This document shows, in pieces, positions 39,501 through 53,570 of a stretch of DNA of 64,000 bases. The stretch lies in assembly GCA_951406725.2 (NCBI GenBank), contig OX597823.1, positions 96,720,001-96,784,000 on the forward strand. The letters are read 5' to 3'. The notes under the pieces were generated by a model. That model was not told the origin of the DNA. It searched no databases and saw only the letters and a list, made by a program, of their open reading frames with translations. The stretch is from Octopus vulgaris. Taxonomy: Eukaryota. A program made the translations under genes and the position numbers. Each line of letters opens with the position of its first letter. Positions within the stretch are counted from its first letter, which is position 1.

Positions 39501-39990
39501 AGACCCCTGAGATATGCTGTGACTGTGAAGACCTGACAAATGAAGTGAGTTCATGGCTCGCAGGACGGCCTGCTGTGCTAACCTTGGATCGTAGAGTGAC
39601 CCTGCTGTTCTTGAGGAGACCTATTGAGTCAAGTACGTCAACACAAACATCAAAATAAAAATCAAATGGAAATTATAGTTAAGATACCCGTGCTGGCAAC
39701 ACATAAAAAGCACCATCTGAACGTGACTGATGCCAGCGCTGCCTGACTGGCATCTGTGTTAGTGACACGTAAAAGCACCAACCAATCATGGTTGTTGCCA
39801 GCCTCCTCTGGCACCTGTGCCGGTGGCACATAAAAAGCACCCACTACACTCACGGAGTGGGTGGCATTAGGAAGGGCATCCAGCTGTAGAAACACTGCCA
39901 GATCAGACTGGAGCCTGGTGCAGCCTCCTGGCTTCCCAGACCCTGGTCGAACTGTCCAACCCATGCTAGCATGGAAAATGGACGTTAAAC

Positions 39991-40024
<34 letters not shown>
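39500..40024 (+). mobile_element. (GAT)n-tailed SINE/LINE-tail family E
   Basis: ggcacataaaaagcacccactacactc...gaagggcatccagctgtagaaa...ggacgttaaac(gat)n. Confidence 0.8.
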
Positions 40025-40692
40025 CACCCCCCACACACACACACATAATCCTACTTATCCACAATTTGTTTTATCATTTGGGTGTAGTTAAGTGCTTTGA
40101 ACCATAAGAACAACAGGTTTGAGGGTGAAGTGGCTACAGAGATGGTATAGCAGCTTCCATTTCGGTGTTGTCGGTCTAAGATTGTTAAAGATAGAATAAC
40201 ATTTTCATTTTTTTTTTATAAACACTTCTGTTTGTCTGTGAGAGGATATAGAATTACTAGTGGGATAGGAAATAACAGTAACAACGCCAAATTCTGAAGT
40301 CTCTGAGATTATTATTTTTACTAGTTTTGGTAATTCTTGGTAATGGTGGTCAGACTTGTTTTGTATTTGGTTCTGTTTATTTGTGTGTGAGTAAGTGTAT
40401 ATCTATATGTGGATGTATGTGCATGTGTAGGTGTATATATACATGTATGGGTTTATCAAAGTGTGCTGATGACCTACATTGCTAGAAATAAGAGTTAAAA
40501 TACTCTTAATGCTGTAGGAAGAGCACAGATGTATGCACACATGCTGACGAGGGAGGTAGCCACCCCATGACTGACTCAAAAATCCCTGTCACGCTTAGTG
40601 ACGATGGAATTTTTCCTTTATGGTATTACATTGCGCCTAACTCTTTATATTAATTTCATGTATGGGTATATGTACATGTGTGTGTATATATT

Positions 40693-40906
40693 TATTATTT
40701 CTTTATGGTCCACAAGGGGCTGAACACAAAGGGGACAAACAAGAACAGACAAAGGGATTAAGTTGATTACATCAACTCCAGTGCATAACTGGTACTTAAT
40801 TTATCGACCCCGAAAGGATGAAAGGCAAAGTCGACCTCGGCGGAATTTGAACTCAGAATGTAACGGAAGACGAAATACTGCTAATGATTCTGCCAGCTCG
40901 CCACCT
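40693..40906 (-). mobile_element. SINE family B
   Basis: Colinear with 10255-10490. Confidence 0.8.
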
Positions 40907-42876
40907 TCTGCAGCTCGCCCATGTAGGTATATATTGATATTGCCCCACCATCACTTGACAACCGATGTTGGTGTGTTTATGTCCCCGTATCTTAGTGGTT
41001 CGGCAAAAGGAACTGATAGAGTTAGTACTAGGCTTACAAAAAATAAGTCATGGGGTTGATTTGTTCAACTAAAAGGCAATATATATATAATCTAATGACT
41101 GAAACAAGTAAAAGAAAGATATCACATCCATGACCTTTGACTGGGCTACAGTAGGATTTGAACTCAGAATGCAAAGAGCTAAAACAAACACTACAAGGTA
41201 CCCTGTCCAACATTCTTACACTTTTACCAATCCACTACCTTGGATTGGTACCCCTTTAAGGGTTAGGGCATGCAGCTCACAACTGTAAGGTCGTGAGTTC
41301 AATTCCTGGTGGTGCATTCTGTTCTTGAGCAAGACACTTTATTTCACATTGCTCCAATACACTCAGCTGGCAATAAATGAGTTGTACTTGCAATACAAAG
41401 GGTTGTTCTTGTCACATACTAAGAACTCCATTAAAGGCATGCATGTCTGTGGAGCGCTCAGCCACCTGCACATTAATTTCACAAGCAAGCTGTTCTGGTG
41501 ACTGGATCAACCATACCCCTGTTGTTGTAACCGATAGAGAGTCAGTATACTGACCCTGGAAATTTGAAAGGCAAAGTTGACCTAGGCAGGAGTTGAACTC
41601 AGACAATGACAGTCACAACAAATACTAAAAGACATTTGGTCTGACGTTTTACAATTCTGCCAATCCATTGCTCTGGATGAGTACTTTTTTTTAATCAACC
41701 TGCTAAAGAATATTAGGTAAGGTGAACCTTGGCAGCATTTGAACCCAGAACACCTTGTGTTGCAACAACTACTGTGAGGTGTTCTAGCCAATTCTTCAAC
41801 AACTCCGCCAATTCACTGCCTTATATTTGTAGCCCAGAACCATTGGCACATGTAGGCTTTTTAGGCAAAGGAAAAGACTGTTTCATGCATAACCTTTGTA
41901 ATTTCAGTTCATAGGTAAATGAAACATTGAAAATATGTAAGACTTTTCTAAGATTTAGCATCAAACACTTTACTGTTTTTATTATCTGAATGCAAATGAT
42001 GGGGCCCTGTTAATTAGAAACCTGCACCAGGGAAATTTAAAAGAATTAAAAAAGGAAGGGATCACACATACTCTCTTGTACATACACACATCATGCATCT
42101 ATTGTTGTTTATACACATATCCATTGAATTGGCCAAAACACATTCATGAAGGAAGTGTGTTGAATGTGTTATGCATGTTTATAGGTAAATATAGAATGAA
42201 ATTCATACCATGGTTTCACATGGATACTCGTAATATTCAGTGGGTAAGATACTGTGTACACACAGCCATGCATGCACACATACACACACACACTCTCTCT
42301 CTCTCTCTCTCTCATTCACACGCACATACCATGTGTGTTAATTTGTATACACAAACATTGACTTGCCCAAAATACATTCATAAAGGAAGTGTGATGAGCC
42401 TGTTATGCATGTTTTGCATTGTATACACTTATCTATCCATCCATACACACACACACATACAGACACACATGTGCGCTCACACACACACACACACACATGC
42501 ATGCGCGCGCACACACAAAAATGGTATCATATTTGTCAAGAAGCATTCAGAACATAACGGTTATTCTATGGGTTCTTGGGTTGCTGGTGAATTATTGTTT
42601 AATAGAAAACTGAAGGAGAAATATTCAACATACCAACCAAAAACATGGTTATGGATGGAACTGAATCCTGAAAAATGAAGAATGGTGTCACAGTTGATTG
42701 ATAGGTGTTTAATTTTATTGCTTTATCATATCATATTTTGAAGGTTACAGTCCAACAATCTCTAAGGTACCGAAATAGTGACAAAAGAAGTTCAGAATAC
42801 AAGAGAATTAAAAAAAACAAAGATAGTCAAGTCCTTAGTTGTAACTAAAAATGCTGATTGTACAGTTTTTATGGAT

Positions 42877-42957
42877 GATGGTGGTGGTGGTGGTGGTTGT
42901 GGTGGAGGTGGTGATGGTGGTGGAGGTGGTGGTGGTGGTGGTGGTAGCAGTGGTGGA
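42877..42957. repeat. (GGT)n trinucleotide tract
   Basis: Direct reading. Confidence 0.9.
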
Positions 42958-43309
42958 GCTTACGCAGGTGCACGATCTCTATCTGTTCCCAAAATGGTAT
43001 TAAGGTATTACCTTCCTAAAGCAGCTGATTGCCAAAATCATCAGAGCGTCAAATTACTTTGCAGCAATTGTTCCAGCTCTCCATGTTCTGAGTTCAAATC
43101 CATCCTAGGTCAACTTTACTTTTCATTGTTTACAAGTCAATAATTAAAATACTAGTTATCTCACTATAAATTAACATGTTTTTTAATAATTGGCATACTT
43201 AACCATACTTTTTGGGGTCAAAGTAAAAACAACCAAATAATTTGTTTTTTGCAAATTCAGTCAATGAAATCTTTTAAAAATTCCAATATGTAACTCCACA
43301 TGGTGATTA

Positions 43310-43700
43310 CTATTAATGATAGAGATCTTTTTTTTAATAGTTTTGTTAATGAGAGAGCTGTTAATAACAACTTTGTTAAAGATTGATTTTTGTTCATAAC
43401 AGGGTTTTGATAAAAGGAGAACTCTGTTATCAAAGCATTTTGTTAATGTCAGAGCATTATTGGTTATAGAGTTTTGTTAACGAGATATCTTTAATAATGA
43501 GAGAGCTCCATTAATGATAGAATTTTGTTTATGACAGTTTTGTTAATGAGAGAGCTCAATTAATGATAGAGTTTTGTTAATGGCAGAGTTTTGTTAATTT
43601 CATTAATAAGAGAGCTCTGTTAATGAGAATTGTATCAATGAGAGAGCTCGGTCGATGAAAGAGCTCCGTAAGTGAGAGAGCTCTGTTAATAATAGAACCT
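43310..43700. repeat. Degenerate minisatellite alternating GAGAGAGCTCTGTTAAT and AGAGTTTTGTTAAT units
   Basis: Repeated ttaatga...agag motif with a period of roughly 14-18 bp. Confidence 0.75.
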
Positions 43701-43856
43701 TACAAATGATAGCTTTGTTTTTTTTTTATGTCTTAGGCAGAAGGGAAGACAGCAACCATAAGTTTATTTCTCCAAGACTTGTGCAGAAAAAGAAACTAGA
43801 ACCTCATAGGTTGGTGCAGACAAAAGCAGAACAACTCCAAACAGCGCTGTCCTTAA

Positions 43857-44358
43857 CTCTTTAGAATTTAAACCAGTCATATCCAGCCTAAATATTCTGC
43901 CTCTTTTATGTTCAAGATGGCCAGATCCAACCTTTCACATCTACCCTACAATGTCATTCTAAAAAGCACCATCTGATCATGGCCATTTGCCAGCCTCCCC
44001 TGGCACCTGTGCCGGTGGCATGTAAAAAGCACCCACTACACTCACGGAGTGGTTGGCGTTAGGAAGGGCATCCAGCCGTAGAAACACTGCCAGATCAGAC
44101 TGGGCCTGGTACAGCCTTCTGGCTTCCCAGACCCCAGTTGAACCGTCCAACCCATGCTAGTATGGAGAGCGGATGTTAAATGGGCTTCCCAGACCCCAGT
44201 TGAACCGTCCAACCCATGCTAGTATGGAGAGCGGATGTTAAATGATGATGATGATGTCATTGAAATCTTGAAGCTACAAGATAATAATGCATGATTAATT
44301 CAAAATAACACGAATAACTAAGCATTATATTTGACTGTGTAATCAGAACAGTAAAGGG
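43857..44358. mobile_element. piggyBac-like MITE carrying a nested family E element (about 43964-44255)
   Basis: TTAA on both sides, CTCTTTAG / TAAAGGG ends; internal parts align with 34638-34912. Confidence 0.65.
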
Positions 44359-45290
44359 TTAAACAGCAGGGATGTGTTTAGTTGAAAATTAAAGTGTTAA
44401 GTCAAACGGGGGGTGGGCTGAAGGAGGAAATGGATATGGCTGGGACACTGACCATTGGCCTGCTTTATCAAAGCTGTCTTGGCTAAACCACAAAATGTTT
44501 CCAGTGACGTATGAACGATGAGTGGGTTGCATTCATGTCTGACACATTTCTTGCTTTACTGTCTGTTAAGTTCTGACAGACATTCTTTTATTTGGCTTGA
44601 ACCACCTCCGGGCATTCATGTTCAAATATTCTAGTAATATAGAGTGTACTACCTACAACACACACACACACACACACACGGTTGTGTATGCTCTTCTGGT
44701 TTTATTTTTCAAAGAGCCTGTCTCCAACCTAGAAACATTGGAATTTAGGCATCATCTACTTGGTAGTCATGCATGTGTGTGTGTGTGTGTGTGCATGTAG
44801 TACACACCCACAGACAACACGCACACACACATATGCATGCATATATGTGTGTGTAACACTATCCAGTCAAGGTTAAAGCTTTACTTCGTGCTGCTCTTAG
44901 TTTCTTCAGCATGACAAGATGTCCTCGCATTGGTGTATACAAATGAATATGAGTCTGTGTGTGCATATATGTGTGTGTGTGTGTGTGTGTATACATATAT
45001 ATAAAACAATATTTGAAGAGGACTGTAAACTGGTTGCCCATTCCTTTCAACGTGGCATTGCCTGAAAGCCAAAACTGAAATTAATTCTAGCAGAAAGGAT
45101 GTTATTTTTCATTATTTATGCACAAAAGACTTCCACAATGAACACATCACATAAGCAAAACAAGGGGAGCCTCTCTATAGTCATTCAGTCTGCTAAAAAT
45201 AGCAACCAGGTCTCCTTCATATCGCATCCTAGTCCTCTCTTACTCCTTTCATTACCATATTTCTATTGAAATGCACTGCTGTTGTTTCAA

Positions 45291-45697
45291 TGTGGCTGTG
45301 TGGTAAGAAGCTTGCTTACCAACCACATGGTTCCAAGTTCTGTCCTACTGCATGGCACCTTGAGCAAGTGTTTTCTACTATAGCCTCGGACCAACCAAAG
45401 CCTTGTGAGTGGATTTGGTAAACGGAAACTAAAAGAAGCCCATCGTATATATATATATGTGTGTTTGTGTGTGTGTGTGTGTGTTTATATGTGTATATGT
45501 TTCTCCTCCTACCATTGCTTGACAACCAATGTTGGTGTGTTTACATCCCCGTAACTTAGTGGTTTGGCAAAAGAGACCAATAGAATAAGTACTAGGCTTA
45601 GAAAGAATAAGTCCTGGGGTTGATTTGTTCGACTAAAGGTGGTGCTCCAGCATGGCCACAGTGAAATGACTGAAACAAGTAAAAGAAAAGAATAAAA
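45291..45697 (+). mobile_element. SINE family A
   Basis: Colinear with the other copies. Confidence 0.85.
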
Positions 45698-47019
45698 GTT
45701 TATTAGAATGATTTTGTCATTATTCAGCTGATGTTTAGAACAGAAATTATTATGGAAATTTCAATGGAAGGTTTTTAAGGAAGGTTTTACTTTAGATCAT
45801 TTTAAAATGTGAAGTTTGTATTTTAGAATCAGGGACAACCTCAAGTATTAAAAAGGTTAAATGCCCCTGTACCATCATTGAATGATGTAGTCTGTGACTT
45901 ACTGGGATTAAATACAAATTGGTTGTGGCTGGGTTCTTTCTGAAAATATGTCTGCTTAAGCTTTGTGAACACACAACCTTGTTTCAGTTGTTTTTCAAAA
46001 ATAATGAAGAATTTAGTAAAATAACCTCATCATTATTGAACTAGTGTCTGGAACTGATATCAATTGGAAATCTTTATGGAAGATTTTAGTTTAGATCACT
46101 TTGAAAGAGGGAATTTGTTTTAAATAAGTAGGGGTGGTCTCAAATGGGTTGGTATCTAAAAGGCTAGAGGCCTATTTAACCATTCATATTTTTTTACATA
46201 AAGTTTGAAAATTTTAAAAAGAAAGTTGTTTTTATTTAGCCCAAGTTCAGCCCTGACCCAGCAGATCTATGATGAATGGCACTCCAGCCATGACCCATCC
46301 ATCTGTTTAGAACTAAGATTACATCATTTATTGTGTCCTGTCAATATATAAGAAGGTAGGCTAATACAGGTATGCCAAATACCATACAACATGAATTCTT
46401 GATTTATTAAAATTATTTCCACTTCTAGACAATGTATCATAATTGCCAAATGGTAATTAAGACTAATTCCATAGGATTCGTAGAAACAATCTGAAGAATT
46501 CTCTGATGTTGACATGCCATTAAAGAAAAGCACAGGCTTATTGTTTGGGGACAAGAGGACAGTTGTGGGTACATGTTTCTGCCTCAATATATGTCATCAA
46601 CAGGACACTCTCTTACTTTATCTCCAGCAGCCAAAGGACATAGAAATGTAGACTGGATTAGTATCAGTCTGGTGCATTTTGAGGAGATTTGGTTGTTATT
46701 TCTAACAGGTTGAATGACTACAACTACATAAAGACCCCCTTATTGGCTTGTGAAGTAATTTATGGAAAATCAAAGGAAGGGAGCAACTAAAGAAGTTATA
46801 GTTTTCTGAGGTTGTCATTAGAAATTAGAAGCAATGTGGGTGGCAGACAGATGTCCATCCTTGTTTATGGAGAATGCCTGTCTGTATATTATGACTAGCT
46901 TTGAAACTGGGAACTAAAGAAATGTCTAATGTCTTGTTTGACCAGAGATCAGAGTACTCTATTCAGGACAATGTTTATAAAGTAATTATATATTTTTGTA
47001 TCTGTTTGTTTGGATATCC

Positions 47020-47062
<43 letters not shown>

Positions 47063-48539
47063 CTACCCTCTATGTCTTTCTGTCACAATATTTCCATGTC
47101 TGTCTTCTCCCTTCCTTTCTCTGACTGCCTATGTGTCTTGTCTTAGACTCTGTGTGCATGTGTGTATCTCTCTACATGTCTTGCGGGTGTGTGTGTCTTT
47201 CTCTTTATGTGTGTATGTTTGCAAAGCATATTTTCACTAGTGTGGTTCTGTGTACCCAATGGGTAGGGATGGAGGAATTTCATGTTTTTTTTTTTGTTTT
47301 TTTTTTAAATTCTTATTTTCTGAATTTTGACAAGTTTGTATGATGAGAGTTTGAAGGAGTGTCTAGTTGTTTATAAGCTTGACAATGAAGCATGGTACAT
47401 TTCTCTCTAGATAGATGGCCCAATTATTTACCCAAACATCTAAATTAGGTACCATTTACAATATAGATGCAGGCACAAACACACACGTGTGTGTGTGTAT
47501 ATATATGTATGTATATATATATATATACTCACATATGTATATATATCATCGTTTAACATCCGTTTTCCATGCTAGCAAGGGATATATATATATATACATG
47601 TATAAATATACACATAGACACACATATGACATATATTTATATACATACACACATACATATACTTATATATACTAATATATATATATATCGTTTAGCGTCC
47701 GCTTTAAATGATATATATATATTAGTATATATAAGTATATGTATGCGTGTATGTATGTATATATATATACACACACACATGCATACTATCATATACACAT
47801 ATACTAATGTTAACACACATACACAGATGTGTGCACACATGCTTGTATAAACATACTTGATGAAACAATGTTAACATTAATTACTAATTAGGCTGTGTAG
47901 AAAATTGTGGCTAATTGATTGAAGAGGTAGGTACATATAGATCCATGCAGGCATGCAGTCATACATAAATACATATGTACACACAGACACACACATTTAT
48001 ATATAAATACATACATGCAATATGCATATGAATATATTCTCATGCACACATACATGAACATAAGGACATAAATAGACACACACACACACATAGATATGCA
48101 TACACGCAAACATGAAGACACACGCGTGAAGTAAAATTTGCCATTCTATACTAACATAACAATGAAAAATGGTTAGCATCCCTAGGAAATTGCAGGATCA
48201 AAGACAAGAGCAACAATAACAACAACAATCAGTGCCTATAATGTAAAAAACAAAACCTGCGGAAACTAGTGGGGTTCTGTGTCAGCTAAACTTGTAGAGG
48301 GAAGTTAATTATTCGGATAAGTTTGTATGCCATGGGGAGAAGAGTCGGTCGTTTGGTGATTGACCTGTTAAGTGGAAAGAAAGGGAAGATCTATGGAGGC
48401 AGAGGAAAGAGTGTGGAGTGTTTTACAGGATTGGATCGAGTTTTGGTCTTCCAATATTTTGGCTTCAAATCCTAACAGAATATATTTCTACTTTCTCTCT
48501 CTGTATGGTCCATAAGTACCAGTAATATGTTTGCATGTA

Positions 48540-49010
48540 TAAGACGGCAAGCTGGCAGAAACGTTAGCATGCTGGGCGAAATATTTAGTGGTATTTCGTC
48601 TGTCTTTATTTTTAAAAAATTTCTTTATTGCTCACAGGGGGCTAAACATAGAGGGAACAAACAGGGACAGACAAAGGAATTAAGTCGATTACATCGACTC
48701 CAGTGCATAACTGGTACTTAATTAATCGACCCCGAAAGGATGAAAAGCAAAGTTGACCTTAGCGGAGTTTGAGCTCAGAACATAACGGCAGACGAAATAC
48801 CACTAAGCACTTCGCCCGGCGTGCTAACGATTCTGCTAGTTCGCTGCCCTTCATCTGTCTTTATGTTCTGAGTTCAAATTCCGCCGAGGTTGACTATGCC
48901 TTTCATCCTTTCAGGGTTGATAAATTAAGTACCAGTTGCATACTGGTGTCGATCTAATCAACTGGCCCCGTCCCCCAAAATTTCGGGCCTTCTGCCTAGG
49001 GTAGAAAAGA
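48540..49010. mobile_element. SINE family B (+) interrupted by an inverted family B copy (about 48615-48850)
   Basis: 5' part at 48540-48607 and 3' part at 48852-49010 surround a - strand copy; tc.tctgtcttta is repeated at both junctions. Confidence 0.7.
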
Positions 49011-49463
49011 ATATGTTTGCATGTATATCAACATGAATGGAAGAGTAAACTACTATATATATATATATATATATGTATGCATGTATGTACACACACACAC
49101 ACACTTTATCTTCATCATTGTTTAACATCTATTTCTCCATGCTTGAATAGATCAGATGGAATTTGTTGAGGTAGATTTTTCTATAGCCAGACAGCCTTCC
49201 TTCCACCAATCTTTATCTGCCTCCAAATAAGATAATACAGCCCCAAGTTCTTCAAATACAAACAGGCAAATTGGCCAGACATGTTTTCATGGAGGCTTGC
49301 GAACAAATGACCCTGCTTGTATAATTGTAATATTTGTTTACACTCAGTGTGGAATATCAAGACTCAGGGACATGAACACCCATGCTTACAGCTGCACATG
49401 CAAACACATACTTTGAAGGAGATTTGGCTCCTATTTCTAGCAGGTGCATCTACAATACAGAGG

Positions 49464-49494
<31 letters not shown>

Positions 49495-50215
49495 CTCCCT
49501 GCTCTCTTTTTCCCATTCTGTTGAAAGTATTGAATTGTTTAGAGAATAGAATGACAACCAAAATATGTTCGGCATATTTTCCCCCTCAGTCTTCTTTGGA
49601 ATTGATTGAAGATGCTGGTGGTGGCCATAGCTAAGACAAGTTAAGAAGGAAGCTACCTCATAGTCAAATCTTCCTGAAATACCATCTCTTCTCTTTGTTT
49701 CCAAAGTAGCAACCACAGTCTAGAAAACCAGAGCTGATTATGGAAACAAGCGATAGGGTATTGATTAGAATTTTTCTTGCTTTTTCCGTTATTTAAATTT
49801 CTGCATTTGCTGTAGATTATTGGCATGCCTTTCAATGTAAACAAACTTGAGACAGAAGAACATTTACTTTTATCACATTTAGCCACAAGGTTTAAGGAAA
49901 CATTCATAAATCTGAAATAGTTTTATTTTCTCCACAAGGGAACTAAAACTGTGAGGAAACAAACTGGAGCTTTTTGATGTTAAATTTTCAACTGTCTTTT
50001 CATAGCAGTGTTTCACTGAGATAAGGGTTGGTATATAAAGACTAACTTATTGATGTCCATTAATACTTTCTCCTCTTAATAATATCCCATTTGAATTAAG
50101 TGGTTGCTAATTTGTCTCAAAAGTTCATTAGGTTCACACTGAAAGGTCAGTTTGTTACCATATGTGTGTGTGTACTCACACACACACATGAAATATAATT
50201 ATGGTGGAGTGTATA

Positions 50216-50270
<55 letters not shown>

Positions 50271-50528
50271 ATATATATGTGTGTGTATATATATATATAA
50301 ATGCACTCACAAAGATATATATATATGATGAGAGTGTGTATGTATACATACATACACATACATTTATACATCATAACCATTTTCATCATCACCATTTTAA
50401 TGTCTAATTTTCCATGCTTGAATGAGTCATATGGAAGTACTTTAGAATTTTCTCTGGCTAGATGTACTTATGGCCTTTCTGATCCAACCCCACCACCACC
50501 TGTTTACATATATATATATATTACAAAT

Positions 50529-50562
<34 letters not shown>

Positions 50563-50592
50563 ATATGTGTGTATAAATGACTATAGATGTGT

Positions 50593-51070
50593 CATCATCA
50601 TCATCATCATAGTTTAATGTCCACTCTCCATGCTGGCATGGGTTGGACAGTTTGACTGGGGACTGGTGAGCCAGATGGTTGCACCAGGCTCCAATCTGAT
50701 CTGGCAGAGTTTCTACAGCTGGATGCCCTTCCTAATCCCAACAACTCTGAGAATGTAGTGGGTGCTTTTATGTGCCATCGGCACCAGGGCCAGCCTGGCG
50801 GTACTGGCAACGGCCGCGCTCAAATAGTGTTTTTACATGTCACCTGCATGGGAGCCAGTCCAGTGGCACTGGCAACGACCATGCTTGAACGTTGTTTTTC
50901 ACATACTACTGGCACAAGTGCCAGTAAGGCAACGCTGTAACGATCATGGTCGAATGGTGCTTTTTACGTGCCATTGGCACGGGGGCCAGTCAGCATCTCT
51001 GGCAATGATCACGCTCAGATGGTGCTCTTGGCGTTTCACTAGCACGGATGCCAGTCATGCGGTGCTGTCA
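50593..51070 (-). mobile_element. Family E element with internal tandem subrepeats
   Basis: (CAT)n tail, tttctacagctggatgcccttcc, repeated ggtgctttttacgtgcc units. Confidence 0.75.
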
Positions 51071-51987
51071 TCGAATGTATATAAACACATCATCATCATC
51101 ATCGTCGTTTATATACATATATACATATACACACACATACACACATATATATATATATAAGCATACATATACGTATGTATGTATAAATATATATATATTA
51201 ATATTTAGCAATTGTTTCTGCTAAATATTTACACTCACACACACACATACACATATGATATACATACATATGCATACATACAAGGCCCTCCCACACACAC
51301 ATATTTGGAAAACGTTCCCAATTTTTCTCTTTTTTGTTGTTGTTGTTGTTGTTGCATCCGACTCAGGCTTGGTAACCTAATACTTCGCTACTTAATGATT
51401 TGTGTTACTTCTTAAATCATTAATATTTTGTCTGTGAGTGGATAGCATGGAATGGTGTCAATTGCAGCTATTGTAATTGTAGTCACAAAGACTGTGTAGA
51501 GGTGTGTGTATCCTTTGAAGATATCAAAGAGTGTTTTGGGTGGGGTTTCTAAGTAGGGTAGTGATTGAATGTTGTAGCTGGTATCTATGTTGGAATTGGG
51601 AAAGAGAATGAGTAATTTTGTGATGTCAGAGATGAGACTTCTTAGAAATTTTTGAGGGTGATAGGTACGAAGCTGTTATTTTGGAATAAGAATAGCTCCC
51701 TAAACTCCCTTAAACTACATACTATTCATATAACTCTTTTTTGTTACTTTGTTGTTGCTTTTTCTTTCTTGAGCCATGCCTGGCTCATAATGGCTGGTTT
51801 CCCGGTTTCATTGGTACATAGGTTCCCCACCTGGATGGAACATCAGTTCATTGCAGGTGAGCTGCTAAATGCAGGAGGAAAGAGCGAAAGTTGTGGCAAA
51901 AGAGTCAGCAGAAGTTCACCATTACCTTCTGCTGGAACAAATAACAAAGAATTTACTAAAATAACCGTCATTACCAGTTTAATGTTA

Positions 51988-52410
51988 AGGTGGTGAGCTG
52001 GCAGAATTGTTAGCACACCAGCAAAATGCTCAGTGGCATTTCATCCCTCTTTGTTCTGAGTTCAAATTCCATTAAGCTTCATTTCGGGGTCGATAAAATA
52101 AGTACCAGTTGAATACTGGGGTCAATGTAATCAACTTACCCAGCCCCTGAAATTGATGGCCGTGTGCCAAAAATTGAAATCATTATTATTCCAATGTTAA
52201 GGCAGTGAGCTGGCAGAATTGTTAGCATGCCGGATAAAATGCTTAACGGCATTTCATCCGTGTTTATGTTCCAAGTTCAAATTCTGTCAAGGTCGACTTT
52301 GCCTTTCATTCTTTCAGGGTCAATAAAATAAATACCATTCAAACAATCTAATCAATTTACCCCTCTCCCAAAACTGCTGGCCTTGTGCTAAAATTTGAAA
52401 CCAATATTAT
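51988..52410 (+). mobile_element. Two tandem SINE family B copies
   Basis: Twice aagg..gtgagctggcagaattgttagca...gttcaaatt...ttgtg..aaaa.ttgaaa. Confidence 0.7.
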
Positions 52411-52682
52411 TCTGATGTTTAGACTATAAACTAACATGGAAGTCTGCTGGAAGGATTTAATTTAAATCACTTTGAAACTGAGAGTTTGTATCATAAAACC
52501 AGGGGCAGTCTGGGTTGGAATCGAAAGGGTTAAAGAGAAGGAAATACAGAGAAAGATTTGTTCTTTGAAAACAATTTCCCGTCAAAGCTGGGATGGTCAT
52601 AGCTTGGACAATAAAAAGAATTCTACATAGAGCAGTCAATGTACTATGGTTTTCAATATATATATATATATATATACTCATG

Positions 52683-52727
<45 letters not shown>

Positions 52728-52735
<8 letters not shown>

Positions 52736-52872
52736 GGGAAACCGCTATGTGGACACCCTCTAATATGTACATAATAGAATTTTACTGAACCTTCAGTTTT
52801 TTATATGCTAAATCACTGGTTTGAAATTGATGTTAATTAAATTAATATCTAATTTCTCACCCTCATTTTAAA
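52728..52872 (+). mobile_element. TA-flanked insert with short fold-back and hammerhead stem III-like remnant
   Basis: ATATTAGAGGG / CCCTCTAATAT arms around AAACCGCTATGTGGACA; the tail ends CATTTTAAA then (TA)n. Confidence 0.5.
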
Positions 52873-53396
52873 TATATATATATATAAATGCTGTTTCAAC
52901 TATAACTATAACATTTATATATTTTTAAATTCATTTACACATTAATATCAAATTCACTTTTAATTTGCTAAATTTTGTCAAATAACTAAATATATTTAAC
53001 ATTTCCTTTACATTGTTTTTGTCTTCAAGTGAAACATATGTTCTATAATTCAAACATGTTCACATTTACTATTTTATAGTATTTGTTTTCACCTGTTTTT
53101 GTTTATTTTTAAACTATATATTTCTTTATTCAGTTTGGTTTAGAGACATGCTTTATCTACATATTCTTTTAGAGCATTTTGTGAAGTCTATGGTAATTTC
53201 CTTCTTTCTTCTCACCCACACTTTGATAAAACTGAAGAGCAGTATAACTTCCTGGAAGTAAATTACTGCCAAACAGGATGTTACATCCAGCCATAGGAGA
53301 GGATTTAGAAAGCTTTCCTGATGTGGACCACCTGCCAGAATATATAAAAACAGTGTGAAAACAGCATCAGTAACAGCCCTGAAAATCGTGTGGAGC

Positions 53397-53570
53397 AGGC
53401 CTCTAACAAATCTTCCATTTCAATTTATGAGACTACCGCTTCCTGTCAATCTTTGCTTTGCCATATTTATTAAGAAATGTCAAGGCCAATCTCTTAAAGT
53501 AGTTTGATCACTGCAATACCCTGTTTCTGTCATGCTTAAATCTCTGTAGTTTTTTCAACAGAAGGCTGTG
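53397..53570 (+). mobile_element. Helitron RepHel PIF1-type helicase C-terminal relic
   Basis: LPFQFMRLPLPVNLCFAIFIKKCQGQSLKVV then (frameshift) YPCFCHA matches [27 protein letters not shown]...PCFSHGQLYVA. Confidence 0.75.

Noticed and set aside
42076-42678. 200-aa ORF
   Set aside because: Low-complexity CA/TC repeats and a local duplication; no recognisable protein motif.
42778-43143. Gly-rich 121-aa ORF
   Set aside because: The poly-Gly comes from a (GGT)n tract and the end runs into a SINE B remnant; no domain or splice support.
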